64,000 nt of DNA from Selaginella moellendorffii. Its lineage: Eukaryota > Plantae > Lycopodiophyta. Positions 22,489 to 34,742 of this stretch are shown here, one piece after another. The stretch spans positions 3,721,363-3,785,362 of the forward strand of contig NW_003314267.1 in assembly GCF_000143415.4 (NCBI RefSeq), written 5' to 3'. The translations under genes were made by a program, and so were the position numbers. The notes beneath the pieces are model-generated. The model worked only from the letters and a program-made list of their open reading frames with translations, was not told the origin of the DNA and did not search any database. Within the stretch, counting starts at the first letter, position 1; each line of letters starts with the position of its first letter.

Positions 22489-25400
22489 TCAGGGTTCTCT
22501 TGTAGATGGGCCGGGATCTGGAGGAACGTTAGGAGGAGGCATCGGCAGATCTGTAGACGGTATTAACTGCTCCTGATCCCTTTGTATGAAGTGTTTTAAC
22601 CGCTGCACATGCACAATCTCCGGAGGATTGGCCTGCTGAACGTCATGCCGAACCTCATAAACTTGCGGTCCAACTTGCCACAACACCCGATACGGTCCTT
22701 TCCACTGCGCAAGGAGACAAACCACGTACCGTAAGATGGGGAAAACGGACTAACACCAAATCATCCACTTTGTACTCCGCAGGTGGACGATGATGGGAGT
22801 TGTAGCGCCGTTGTTGTCCCACTTGTATGCGGCCTAAGTGTTCGGCAGACTCTGCTCTGACAAGTGGAAGAATGCTTGTCAAATACTGATCCCATGACCT
22901 AGCATCAGGAGCTCGTGGCAATCGCGAAGGTAAACCTAGCTCTGTTGGTAATATTGGATCATGACCATATAGAAGTTTATATGGTGAAGCACCAACAGAA
23001 CTTTGCACCCCTGTGACATAGGCATACCGAAGAGATGGCAAATAACCATCCCAATCCGAATGCTGAAAGTTCACATACTTCGCAATCATCCCTTTGAATG
23101 TCCGAACGAGCCGTTCCACCAGATCGTCTGATTGTGGATGATAAGCACTCGTAAAAGTGTGGCGTATCCCCAACCGAGATGTCAAAACATGAAATACCTC
23201 AGCCATAAATGCAGGACCATTATCCGAAAGAATCCGCTCTGGACAAGAATGCTGGAACACCACTCGATTGAGGAGGAAGTATCCAACAGCAGTTGCAGAG
23301 GCGCTAGCAAGAGCACCAACTTCCACCCAACGAGTCAAGTAGTCAGAAGCAATAATAACATACTCATTGCCAGCAGTCGATCGTGGAAAAGGTCCCATAA
23401 GATCAAATGCCACCAACTCAAACGGACGGGAAACTGCAATTGACTCCAACCGTCCTTCCGCAGCACAAGGGGGAGTATTACGAGCTTGGCACCAAACGCA
23501 GCTACGCACATACCGGATAATATCACGTCGCATCTCCGGCCAATAGAAAGACCTGCGCAGCTTCTCGGTGACACGGTGTCCCATATGCCCACCTAGAATA
23601 GGAGAATCATGGTAGGCATGGAGAAACCGCGGAATAAACACCGAAGGCACCACCAACCGTAAATGATCATCAGGATCCGTCCCCACAAAATAAAGAAGGC
23701 CATCTTCAAGGCGATATTGAGAATGTAAATGCCGGAAAGGCAAGTCATCAGCAAGTGATGCAGGATTCTCAAACCCATCTCGAAGCCTTCGAATCCACGG
23801 CTCAATCTTTTGAGCCTCGCGAACCTCATCAAGAGAAGGTAGATCTTGCTCTGCGCCCTGTGGACACTGAACGTCAAGGACAGCAACCGCCGACGGCACA
23901 GAATCCTCATCTAGAAAATCCACAGACGCTGGAACAACAGGTTCGTCAGAACATGAGAAGTGAGTGGAGAAGGAAGAGGAGCTCGAGAAAGGGCATCAGC
24001 ATCAGCCATAGAACTCCCTAGGCGATGAACAACATCGAAATCATATATCTGAAGCTTCAAAGCCCATCGAGCCGTACGACCAACCAAGTAATGTCCGAGA
24101 ACCATGTAGATATGCATGAAGTTTCTCGAAACCCCAGACTGCTGCTAAACACTCCTTCTCCGTCGTGGAGTAGTTCATCTCCGCTGGTTGTAATGTACGG
24201 CTTATATATGCAATGGGATGGCGCTGACCAAGCACACTCGAGCTCTCTTGCATCAACACACCTCCAAGACCAATGTCAGAAGCATCCAGGCGCAAAATAA
24301 AAGGTCGAGTGTAGTCAGGATATGCCAAAACCGGAGGAGTCATCAATAGCTCTTTGAGATCCACGAACGCCCGCTCACAATCCGAAGACCAGATGAAAGA
24401 TGACGTTGATGACTTCAGCAACGCTCACAATGGTGTAGTGCGATCGGAAAGATGATCCACAAAACGACCGAGATACTGCACCTTACCCAAAAAACGCTGC
24501 ACATCATTCACACATTTCGGAGTAGGGAACTTTAGAACAGCCACAAGTTTGTCAGGATCAACTTGCAAACCCTCACGAGAAATACGGTACCCAAGATAAG
24601 TTGTGTCCTTGGACCCAAACACGCACTTTGACCGCTTCAGCTTTAAACCAACATCACGTAGCCGATCCAACACTTTACAAACATCACGAACGTGCTCCTC
24701 CCACGTCCCCTCCGAGTGGATCAAGACATCATCAATGAAGTCAGCAGTCACTTCCGGCATATCGCAAAGAACCTCGTCCATCATCCGCTGGAAAGTTGCG
24801 GGAGCATTGTTCAAACCAAACGGCATCACCAAGAACTCGTACAAACCAAATGGTGTACGAAAAGCAGTCTTAGGAATATCTTCTTCAGCCATCGGTACTT
24901 GCCAATACCCAGAAGCAAGATCTAGCTTGGTGAACCAACGACTTCGCCCCAGACGATCTAAGAGATCAGCAGTGTGAGGAAGAGGATACACATCTGGGAT
25001 CGTCACTTCGTTTAACGGGCAATAGTCAATGCAGAAACGAATACTCCCATCAGGCTTCATCACAAGATGAGGTTCACATGCCCAAGGACTCCGTGACTTC
25101 CGAATAACACCCTTCTCCAGCATTTCCTTGACGTTGGCTCGTAAAATCTTGATCTCCTTAGGTGACCGATGACGAACAGGAACCTTGATTGGACGAGTAT
25201 CCCCGGTTGGAATCGGATGACGTGTGGCAATCTTGGCCCCAGACGATAGGTCAAATTCAAAGAGATCAGAATACTTTTTCATGAGCCGGTCAACTGCTGC
25301 AACACAAAGATCGTCGGAGGGATCGGAAAAGGGAAAAGCAGAACAAGATGGAAACACAGAAGGAAAGAGTGGGGGAACAAAAGTAATGGAAGCAGAGGTA

Positions 25401-25870
25401 GAAGTAGAGGGACAAAGAGGTATGGAAGTGAGAGGAATGGATGAAACATAAGGAAATATGAGACAAGGGGGAGAAGCCTCAAAGTCACACTTGGCATGAT
25501 TGCGCTGCAACCAATCCATACCAAGAATGAGGTCAAAAGCTTGACTCGGCACCACCCGCAACGACTGCAACTCAAGCTCAAGATCGCCCACACGCACAAA
25601 CAGGTCCACCTCATCCCGTGCACATGCATGTGTACGGCCGTTGCCATAAAGAATGAAAACTGGTTCCGCCGCACGACGCAAGTGTAGACGACAATGTGTG
25701 GTAACAGGTCGAGCAATAGAAGATAAACTCGAACCTGTATCAACCAACACGGAGAGAATAATAGGAGACCTCTTGTTATAAAAACGAGCTTGGAAAGTAA
25801 ACACGGGATGAACCGGTGCCGAGTGAACCCCTTGATGATACTCCTGAAAGAAAGATGGAGGGGTCACTGA
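22489..25870 (-). pseudogene. pol: pol of copy 1 (protease, RT, RNase H, integrase) with a stop and frameshifts
   Basis: LVDTGS, DLILGMDWL, LDLASGYWQ, MPFGL.NAPATFQ, FIDD, DASDIGLG, YSTTEKE, integrase HHCC and D..D..E, GPY/F module. In-frame TGA at 24425-24427. Confidence 0.92.
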
Positions 25871-25871
25871 T

Positions 25872-26810
25872 TTATTCGCGCAAGGTCCCTCCATTACTCG
25901 CGCGACTCCTCGTTTCCCGGATGCATCTTGGTGTCCAGACCTTCCACTGCAGCAGCACCCACGGGACGTTGCTGACGCCAAGGTCTCCACCCAGGAAATG
26001 GAGGTCGCCAATCCGGAAAACGACGGCAACGCCGATAAGTATGACCAACTTCATCACACGCCCAGCAGCGAACATCACGGCCACGACCACGTCCTCGCGC
26101 TTGTCCTTGGACTCGAGCAGCAGCAGCATCAACCTCCATTGGAATAGGACCATCACCCATAGGAAGGGGAGCGGAAGTGGAAGAGGCGACGTCTCATAAC
26201 GTTGTGCCAAGCGAAGAGTATCGTCAAGGGTGGCAGGAACAAGTGCATGCACAAGTCCGACAAGATCTTGACGAAGTGCTGGCCACAACATTCCTAGCTT
26301 GATCCGCTCCGACATATTTGGCTCCGCATGAAGCAAAAGACTTCGGAAACAAACGCCAAATTGCATCACCGACTCAGATGGCCCTTGGCGAAGACGATGC
26401 AATTGTTGGAAAGCATCATCACAATCATCAGCATGGCCGAAGGCGCGTTTGAAGACGTCCGGGAGAACACTCCAATCCCCACGAGTGGCTGTGCTCAAAC
26501 CATTGTACCACTGCAACGCCGTCCCTTGGAGACACGTGGGAAACTCACGCAAACGTCGAGCATCATCCCAAGAATGATATGTGGCAATCACCGTGAAGTG
26601 ATCGAACCAATGGTACACATCATCCCCAGGATTCCCGCGAAAGAACTCCGGCCGAACGCGAGGATTAACACCAAGAGCAGGAGGAGTTGTACCACGTGCC
26701 ATGAACGCCGCCATCAACTGAGTTTGGTTGTTCAATTGCAAGCGCATAGCATCAAGCAATTGTACCAACTGCTGCTCTAGAGTCAAAGGAGGAGATTGCA
26801 AATCTGCCAT
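25872..26810 (-). pseudogene. gag: gag of copy 1, frameshifted before the CCHC zinc knuckle
   Basis: PEFFRG..DDVYHWF, LQGTALQWY, LRQGPSESV; CWACDEVGHTYRRC lies in a different frame (25894..26160). Confidence 0.85.
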
Positions 26811-28506
26811 GAAGATGAGCGAAAAAGAAAGAGCAAAAGAAGAGAGATGACAAAAAGCTAGAAGGAAATGGTAGATCTAGACAACGCAAAAAGCTAGATC
26901 TAAACCAAAAGAAAGGAAATGGAAAAAGCTAGATCTAGACGATGCAAAAGCTAGATCTAAACCAAAATCCCAAATCCAAGCACTCCTCAGGGACAATCAA
27001 AGTTGCCCCTCACCTCCACCAATGTGAGTGCCTGGAATATGGAAAGGGAATACAGAAATGTGCATATCAATTAGCCCAAAAACCCTAGCTTATATACAGA
27101 AGCGAGTGGTCCGGATTGAAACCAATCCGACGGCTACCAAAATCCACTACGCTAATATTAGTATACGGCATCGTAGCTGTACACTTGGCCCTCACAAAAC
27201 CAAATTAATAATTTTAATAATATTTAGATTTGTGTAAGCTACCAGTATATAATCTTAGTAGCAATAGTTGCTATTTAATAGAGGCTTTGCCTTATCAATT
27301 CGAAATTATTATTTTAAAATTTAATAATTAGTATTTATACTAATTATTTAAGTAAGCATCTTCTAATTTATAATGTATTTTTATATTGTGAGGTCCAAAT
27401 GTATTGCTAAAATGCCATATACTAATATTAGCAGAGTGGGATTGACTTACTCAAGTATATAAATTAGGATTTTTGGGCTAATTGAGATGCATATTTCTTG
27501 TATTCTCTTTTTATATTCTACACAATTACATTGGTAGAGTTGAAAGGCAATTTTAATTGTCCCTTAGGAGTGCTTAGATTTGGGATTTTTGGTTTAGATT
27601 TAACTTTTATAATGTCTAGATCTCCCTTTTCTTATAGTTTTTTCCATTTTTTTTTTTTTTTGCTTTTTGTTTAAATTTAAATTTTGCATTATCTATATTT
27701 CCTTTATTTATTTTTATCTTTTTCTATTTCTTTTCTTTTGCTCTTTCCTTTTTATTCATCTTCAATTGAATAACCAAACTTAGTTGATGGTGATATTCAC
27801 AGCACGTGGTACAACTCTTCCTACTCTTGCTATCAATCTTCACGTTCGGTTGGAGTTCTTATATGGAAATCTTAGGGATGATGTGTACTACTAGTTCAAT
27901 CACTTCACGGTGATTGCTATATATCATTCTTGGGATGATACTCAATATTTGTATGAGTTTTTCACATGTCTTTAAGGGATGGTGTTATAGTGGTACAATG
28001 GTTTAAGTGCAACCACTCGTAAGGATTAGAGTATTCTCTTAGACATCTTCAAATACACATTTAGACATGTTTACGATTGTGATGATGCCTTTCAATAATT
28101 ATATCATCTTCATCAAGGGCCATTTGAGTTGGTGATGCAATTTGGCGTTCGTTTTCTAAGTCTTTTGCTTAGAGTGGATCAAGCTAGGAATGTTGTGGCC
28201 AACACTTCATCAAGATTTTGTAGAACTTATGCATACATTTGCTCTAGCCACCCTTAATGAAGTCTTTTGTTTAGCACAATATTATAAGACGTCGCATCTT
28301 TTACTTCTTGCTACACATCCTTCAGCTCCACTTCCTGTGGGAGATGGTACTATTCCAATAGAGATTGATGCTATTGCTACCCGAGTTCAAGGACAAGGGC
28401 AAGGACGGGGTCATGGCCGTGATGTCCATTGTTGGGCATGTGATAAAGTTCGTCACACTTATCAGTGTTGTTAGTGTTTTCTGGATTTGTGACTTCCATT
28501 TCTTGG

Positions 28507-30000
28507 TGTAAGGAACTGACTCCCCGAGGTGTCAAAGCTAAAGGATCCCTGAAGACACGACCAAAATGATAAAAAGTTCATCGGATGAGACCGAGTCCGA
28601 ACTTGAGTCCGAATACTAATACAGGTCGTGGGTGTAAGCTCCTAAATTTGGGCTTCTCGGGAGGTCACCCAACCCAGTACTATAGGACGCTTAACCCTAA
28701 ATATCCCAAGACCCTTAACCGATTGAAAAAGGGGGTGCACTCTTATTCATGGGCCCTTTCCCTTTATATTTGAACCCTATAGATTATTTCTCGAATTGTT
28801 CTCTTTGGTTGCTTACAATCCACCACATTTCCCTATAAGTTCACGCCCTCGTGAATGGAAGCTGAGAGCCGCAACTCTCCCGAGAGCCCCGCTCTCTTGA
28901 CACCCTACCCCTCGGGTCGAGCTTAGCAGGAGTAAACTAAACTAACCAGATGTCAATCAATATGTGGTGTGATTCCCCTATCCAACCAACAGAGTCGGAC
29001 CCAAGACCCCTCTGATACCAAATGTAAGCTCCTAAGTTTGGGCTTCCCAGAAAGTCACCCAGCCCAGTACGATTTAAACCCAAGGACACTTAACTCTAAA
29101 TATCCTAAGACCCTTAACTGATTGGAAAAGGGGGTGCACTCTTATTCATGGGCCCTTTCCTTCTATATTTGAACCTTATGGATTGTCTCTCGAGTCGTTC
29201 TCTTTGGTTGCTTACAGTGGGGTGAAAGCCCAAAGTGTGTGTCTCCCACGAGGGGGGGGGGGGGGGCTGCAGGGGGTTCCAAAAGTATAATAGGGATAGT
29301 GAGGTCTAGGAATTAATCTTGAAGGAACTGTCCAATGGTGCTTCCAAACTAACTTAAGGTTGAGATTGGGGCTGAGGGGCCTTGGGTGGGAGTGAGCATG
29401 GACTTGGGTGGTGCTAAAGGGGCCACCCAAAGAAGTGCTCAAGAGCAACTCCCACTCCCGGAAGGGAAACAGATTGCAGTGCTCCGGGCTCATGTGGAGT
29501 GGTGCCCCACTTGAGTACCTTGCAGCTCATTGGTCCTTGCCCTTCCTAGGGGCTTAGGCCTTCCCTTCGGGATGGAAGTGGAGGGGTAGAGGTACCCATA
29601 CTGGGCCATTAGCCACGGTATTTCACCTCAGTGTCCCGAAGCAAGTGTTGCGTCCAAGGCTTGGGATTTATAGGGTCCCATGATCAAGTCTTGTTGTGCT
29701 AAGGGATGTTAGGAACCTGGAGGCTTGGATTGCTTGGCTGCTTGTGCTTGCAGGGAGTGTAGCCGAACCTTAAGTCCAGTCTAACTTGAGGAGGGGGATT
29801 GGGAGAGATTTGGGAATCCATGGATGGATGGCTAATGCTCTGTTGCTTGTGCAGTGAGTAGCTGAAACCAAGTAGGACCAAGTGGTAGCTGGTACAATAG
29901 GCGGGAACTTTGGTGAGGGAACTTAGCTAAAGCCAAAGTAGTGTCGGTCGGATAAATGAGGTAAGGTGGCAAACTAAAAAGGAAAAATTTGTGGCATACA
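28507..30000. mobile_element. Solo LTR A inserted in gag of copy 2
   Basis: TGTAAGG...GCATACA, flanked by CTTGG and CCTAG (both derivable from CCTGG at the empty site in copy 1); no coding capacity. Confidence 0.7.
28633..29216 (-). mobile_element. Cassandra-like TRIM with 5S-rRNA-derived LTR segment
   Basis: LTRs 28633-28817 and 29023-29216 (TGTAAG..CTTACA); exact 5-bp TSD GTGGG; PBS TGGTATCAGAG (tRNA-iMet); PPT; 205-bp non-coding interior. The LTR minus strand reads AGTTAAGTGTCCTTGGG..GTACTGGGCTGGGTGAC..CTGGGAAG, the 5S A-box/IE/C-box region. Confidence 0.88.
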
Positions 30001-31631
30001 CCTAGGTGGAGACCTTGGCATCAATAATGTCCTATTGGTACTGCTATAGTGGAAGGTCATGACACCGAGATGCATCCAGAAACCAAGGAGTCACGCGAGT
30101 AGCAAAGGGACTTTGCGCGAATAAGTCAATGACCCTTTTATTTTTCTTTCGGGAGTATCATTAAGGGGTTCACTTGGCACCAGTTCATCCAATATTTATT
30201 TTTCAAACTTGTTTATTGATACAGATTCAAGTTTATCTTCTATTGCTTGACTTGTTACCACACATTGCCATCTGTATTTGCATCGTGCGGCAGAGCCAAT
30301 TTTCATTCTTTATAGCAACAGATATACACATGCATGTGTGTGGGATGAGGTCGACTTGGTTGTGCATGTAGCGATTTCAAGCTTGAGTTGTAGTCTTTGT
30401 AGGTGGTGCCGAGTCAAGCTTTTGACCTCATCTTTGGTATGGATTGGTTGCAGTGCAATCATGCTAAGTATGACTTTAAGGTTTTTCCTCTTTGTTCATA
30501 CTTCCTGATATTTTTTCTATTCCTCTCACTTCTATACTTTTACATCCTTCTGCTTCTACTTTTGCTTCCATCACTTTTATCTCTCCCTTACTTCCTCCTA
30601 AGTTTTTGTCTTGTTCCTCTCTTTCCTTTTTCGATCTCTCTAACAATCTTTGTGTTGTAGTGGTTGATTGACTCATGAAGGAGTATGTTAATCACTTTGA
30701 ATTTGACCTATCATTTGGGGCCAAGATTTCAACATGTGATTCTATTCCAACTATGGATGCTCATCTAATCAAGGTTCCTAATCATCGTCGGTCACCCAAA
30801 AAGATCACGATTTTACATGCAAACATCAAGAAGATGTTGGAAAAGGAAGTTATTCAGAAGTCATAGAGTCCTTAAGTGTGTGAACCTCATCTTGTGATAA
30901 AACTTGATGAGAGTATTTGTTTTTGCATCAACTATCATTTGTTAAATGAAGTGATGATCCCGAATATGTACCCTCTTTTTCACATTGCTGATCTCTTGGA
31001 TTATCTAGGGAGAAGTTGTTAGTTCACCAAGTTAGATTTTGCTTCTGGGTATTGGCAAATACCAATGGCCGAAGAAGATATTCCTAAGATTGTTTTTCAT
31101 ACACTGCTTTGTCTGTATAATTTCTTAGTGATGCCGTTTGGTTTGAACAATGCTCCAGCAACTTTTTAGTAGATGATAGACGAGGTTTTTTGCAATATGC
31201 CGAAAGTGACTACTAACTTTATTGATGATAATCCATTTAGAAGAGATATGGGAGGAATACATTCATGATATTTGTAAGGTGTTAGATCAGCTACAGGAAG
31301 TTAATTTAAAGTTGAAACGGTCAAAGTGTGTGTTTAGATCTAAGAGCATGACTTATCTTGGGTACCTTATCTGTTATGAGGGTTTACAAGTTGATCATGA
31401 CAAACTTGTGGTTGTTCTAAATTTCTCTACTCCGAAATGTGTGAATAATGTGTAGCTTATTGGGTAAGGTGTAGTATCTTGGTCATTTTGTTGATCATCT
31501 TTCTAATCACACTGCATTATTGCAAGTGTTGCTGAAGTCATCAACATCATCTTTCATCTAATCTATATACTATGAGAGGGCGTTTACAGATCTCAAAGAG
31601 TTGCTGATGACTCCTCCAGTTTTGGCATATC

Positions 31632-33332
31632 TGTGAGACACAAATCCCTAAGCCCCAAAGTGGAGCCGAAAGGGTGCCACGTGGTAGTGGCCGAAGCAAA
31701 AGCGAAGCGAACGTAACACATTTGGACTAAAATGCTCCAACTTGAAAGGTCGAGAGTGGGAGTGGAGCTCCCATCGGAGTGCTCAAGGAATGAGTATGAA
31801 GTGAGTAATAAAAGAGTCTCTAGAAAAGGGACCCGAGATGGATCCGAGATAGAGTCCAAGATGGACCAAGATGGAGTTCGAGATGGAGTCCGAGGTGGAG
31901 TCCGAGATGGACCCAAGATGGATTCTGAGATGGAGTCCGAGATGGACCTAAGATGGATTTTGAGATGGAGTCTGAGATGGACCCAAGATGGAGTCCGAGA
32001 TGGAGTCCAAGATGGACTGAGATGGAGTCTGAGATGGAGTCCAAGATGGACCCGAGATGGAGTCTGAGATGGAGTCCGAGATGGACCCGAGATGGAGTCC
32101 GAGATGGAGTCTGAGATGGACCCGAGATGGAATCTGAGATGGAGTCCGAGAAGGACTCAAGATGGAGTCCAAAGTTGAGACCGAGATCGAGACCGAGACC
32201 GGGATCGAGACCGAGACCAGGACCGAGACCATGACCAAGACCAAGACCGGGACCGAGACCGAGGCTGAGGCCGAGACTGAGCCCAAGCCCGAGTCCGAGT
32301 CCAAGTCCGAGTTCGAGTCTGAGTCTAAGTCCGAGTTTGAGTCTAAGAGGGTGAAAGCCCAAAGTGTTCGTCTCCCAAACCCTAGGGGGTTTGGTGAGCT
32401 CCAAAAGTATAGTAAGGGGGGAGCCAGTTTGGCCAGGAAAGGCCAGTTTGGCCCGGGAAGGCCATACCCAGGTGTTGGGTGATGGGATAACCACTGGGAA
32501 GTCCAAGGCTAGAGTGAATACGGACCGACAAGCGAGGTAGCTTGGTGAAGTGTTCATGAGCCGACTCTAGTTCCCCTGGGAGATTGAATGGTCGATGCTC
32601 CCAGTCCAAGTGTGGGTGGCACTACCTACTTGGATACCTGGGGTGGCTCAACAGAACCTTACTCTAAGCCCATGGCTAGAGCACTTAAAGGCAAAAGGTG
32701 GGGAGAGTACCTACGGGGCTCGTGTAGGGCTATGGTGTTCCGAAATGTTGTCCCGAAGTCCCAAATGGGGGAAAGGAGGAGGAGCAGTCTTCTAGTGTAG
32801 TGACTAAGGATACGGTCACATGGTGAGGAAGTCCTAGAGGACAATGGGACTTAGTGGTCAGGCCTGCGGGCCTTGATCTAGTGGCAGTGTTGGCAAATAT
32901 GGCCAGGGACAGAAAAAGGACTTGGTAGGAATTGACAAAGGGATATTGGGGAAAGTTATCCCCATGTCTGTGGGCATCCTAAGGATGCTAAGGAGTGGAT
33001 CTGGGATGACCACTCATGGACAAATAGCCTAGTCTTGGAGAGACGGGATTGTGATGCAAGTGGTATTGGACCACTAGTGTGGCAAAGGTGAATGAGCATG
33101 GCCTTAGCGTAACGGGCCGATATATCAGTGGTACCTTTGGGTGTCGGTCTTGGGACTGGACACATGGAGCACTTGGACCAAGTGCAAGGGATGAGTGGCA
33201 TAGATGCCATTCTCAGGGCTAGCAAGTCCAAAGTCCTGAATTGGACTTAAGGAGGTTGTGAATGAGACTCCTCCAAGTGGTCGGAGGTGTGGTTAAGTGA
33301 CTAAAGTAGAATGGAAAATTTAGTCATTTGTA
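31632..33332. mobile_element. Solo LTR B (related to A) inserted in pol of copy 2
   Basis: TGTGAG...TTTGTA flanked by an ATATC duplication; shares GGGTGAAAGCCCAAAGTGT with solo LTR A. Confidence 0.72.
31830..32346. repeat. Minisatellite: 12-bp GAGATGGA(G/C)(T/C)C(C/T) array followed by a 6-bp GAG(A/T)CC array
   Basis: Directly visible tandem units at ~31830-32170 and ~32176-32346. Confidence 0.9.
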
Positions 33333-34742
33333 ATATCCTAATTACACTTGACCTTTCATTTTGTGAATGAATGCTTTTGATATCAATATTGGAAGTGTGT
33401 TGATGAAAAAGAGCCTGAGTGTGCTTGGTCAGTGCCATCCCATTGCATATATCAATTGTACATTACAACCAGTAAAGGTGAACTATTTTACGACAGAGAA
33501 GGAGTGTTTAGTAGTAGTTTAGGTTTTAAGAAATTTCATACATATCTTATTAGAAGGTGATTATGTTACAATTACTTTATTATTGAAACGAAAGAATTTG
33601 GTTGGTCATTTTACTTCATAGGCTTTGAATCTTCAGATATATAATTTTGATGTTGTTCATCGCATAAGGAGTTTTATGGTTGATGTTAACACTCTTTCTT
33701 GAGCCCTCTTCCTTCTTTGCTCTCTTCTTATGTTTCTAACGAACTTGTTGTTCTAACATTTGTGGATTTTGTAGATAAGGATTCCGTACCATCAGCAGTT
33801 ACTATACTTGACATTCAATGTCCACAAGGTGCAGAGCAAGATTTACCTTCTCTTGGTAAGGTTCGTGAGGCTCAAAAGATTGAGTTGTGGATTTGAAGGC
33901 TTCATGATGGGTTTGAGAATCCTACATCACTTGCTGATGAGTTGCCATTTTGGCATTTACATTTCAATATCACCTTGAGGATGGTTTTCTTTATTTTCTG
34001 GGGACGGATCCTAATGATCATTTATGGCTTGTGGTGTTTTCAATCTTTATTCCATGCTTTCTCCATACTTACCATGATTCTCTTATTCTAGGTGCATATG
34101 GGACATAATCATATGAATGAGAAGTTATGCAGGTCTTTTTATTAGCAGAAGATATGACATAACTATGTTTGGTGCCAAGCTTGTAATACTACCCCTCGTG
34201 TTATAGAAGGATGTCATTACTGCTTCTGACTACTTGACTCGTTGGGTGGAAGTTAGTGCTTTTGCTAGTGCATCTGCAACTACTGTTAGATATTTCCTTC
34301 AAGCTCTATTTCGTTAAAGTGGGAATTGTCATTATCCCACTTGTAAAATAAGGTTTCCAAACCTTTATATAGTATATAAATATAACAAAATTCAATCGCA
34401 TTGAGGCACATGCCATTTTATTTTAAACAAGGAAATGTCTACTCAATCACTTCTCCTCCCCCTGCCACTGCTTCACCTCTCTCTTCTCCTTGTCATCGTT
34501 TTCCAATTTCTTTCCATCCTTTTAATATTGGCTCAGTTGCTCCGAGTCTAGGTGGAGCCCAAGTCCCCATTCAATCTTTACTTTCCCCTTATTAATAAAA
34601 CAACTTCGTAGACTTCCAATAACATGCTGTAACACTTCTAGTATAATGCAAATCCTCTCAAAGAATTGTCTTTTAATATTAATACAATGGCATGGAACCC
34701 CATGCCATAATAAGTTACATTTTTAAATAAATACATGCCATC

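Larger units (their letters stand above)
22283..27196 (-). mobile_element. Full-length Ty3/gypsy LTR retrotransposon without chromodomain (copy 1, ~4.9 kb), recent but disrupted
   Basis: 174-bp TG..CA LTRs at 22283-22456 and 27023-27196 differing by 3 transitions; flanking AAAC duplication; PBS TGGTGGAGGTGAGGGG; PPT GAGAGGAGGGGGTGA; gag-PR-RT-RH-INT order. Confidence 0.95.

Noticed and set aside
28650-29096. Functional 5S rRNA genes
   Set aside because: Only the internal promoter segment is present, embedded in LTRs.
31820-32557. 245-aa Leu/Gly-rich ORF and other repetitive ORFs
   Set aside because: Translation of the minisatellite inside a solo LTR.
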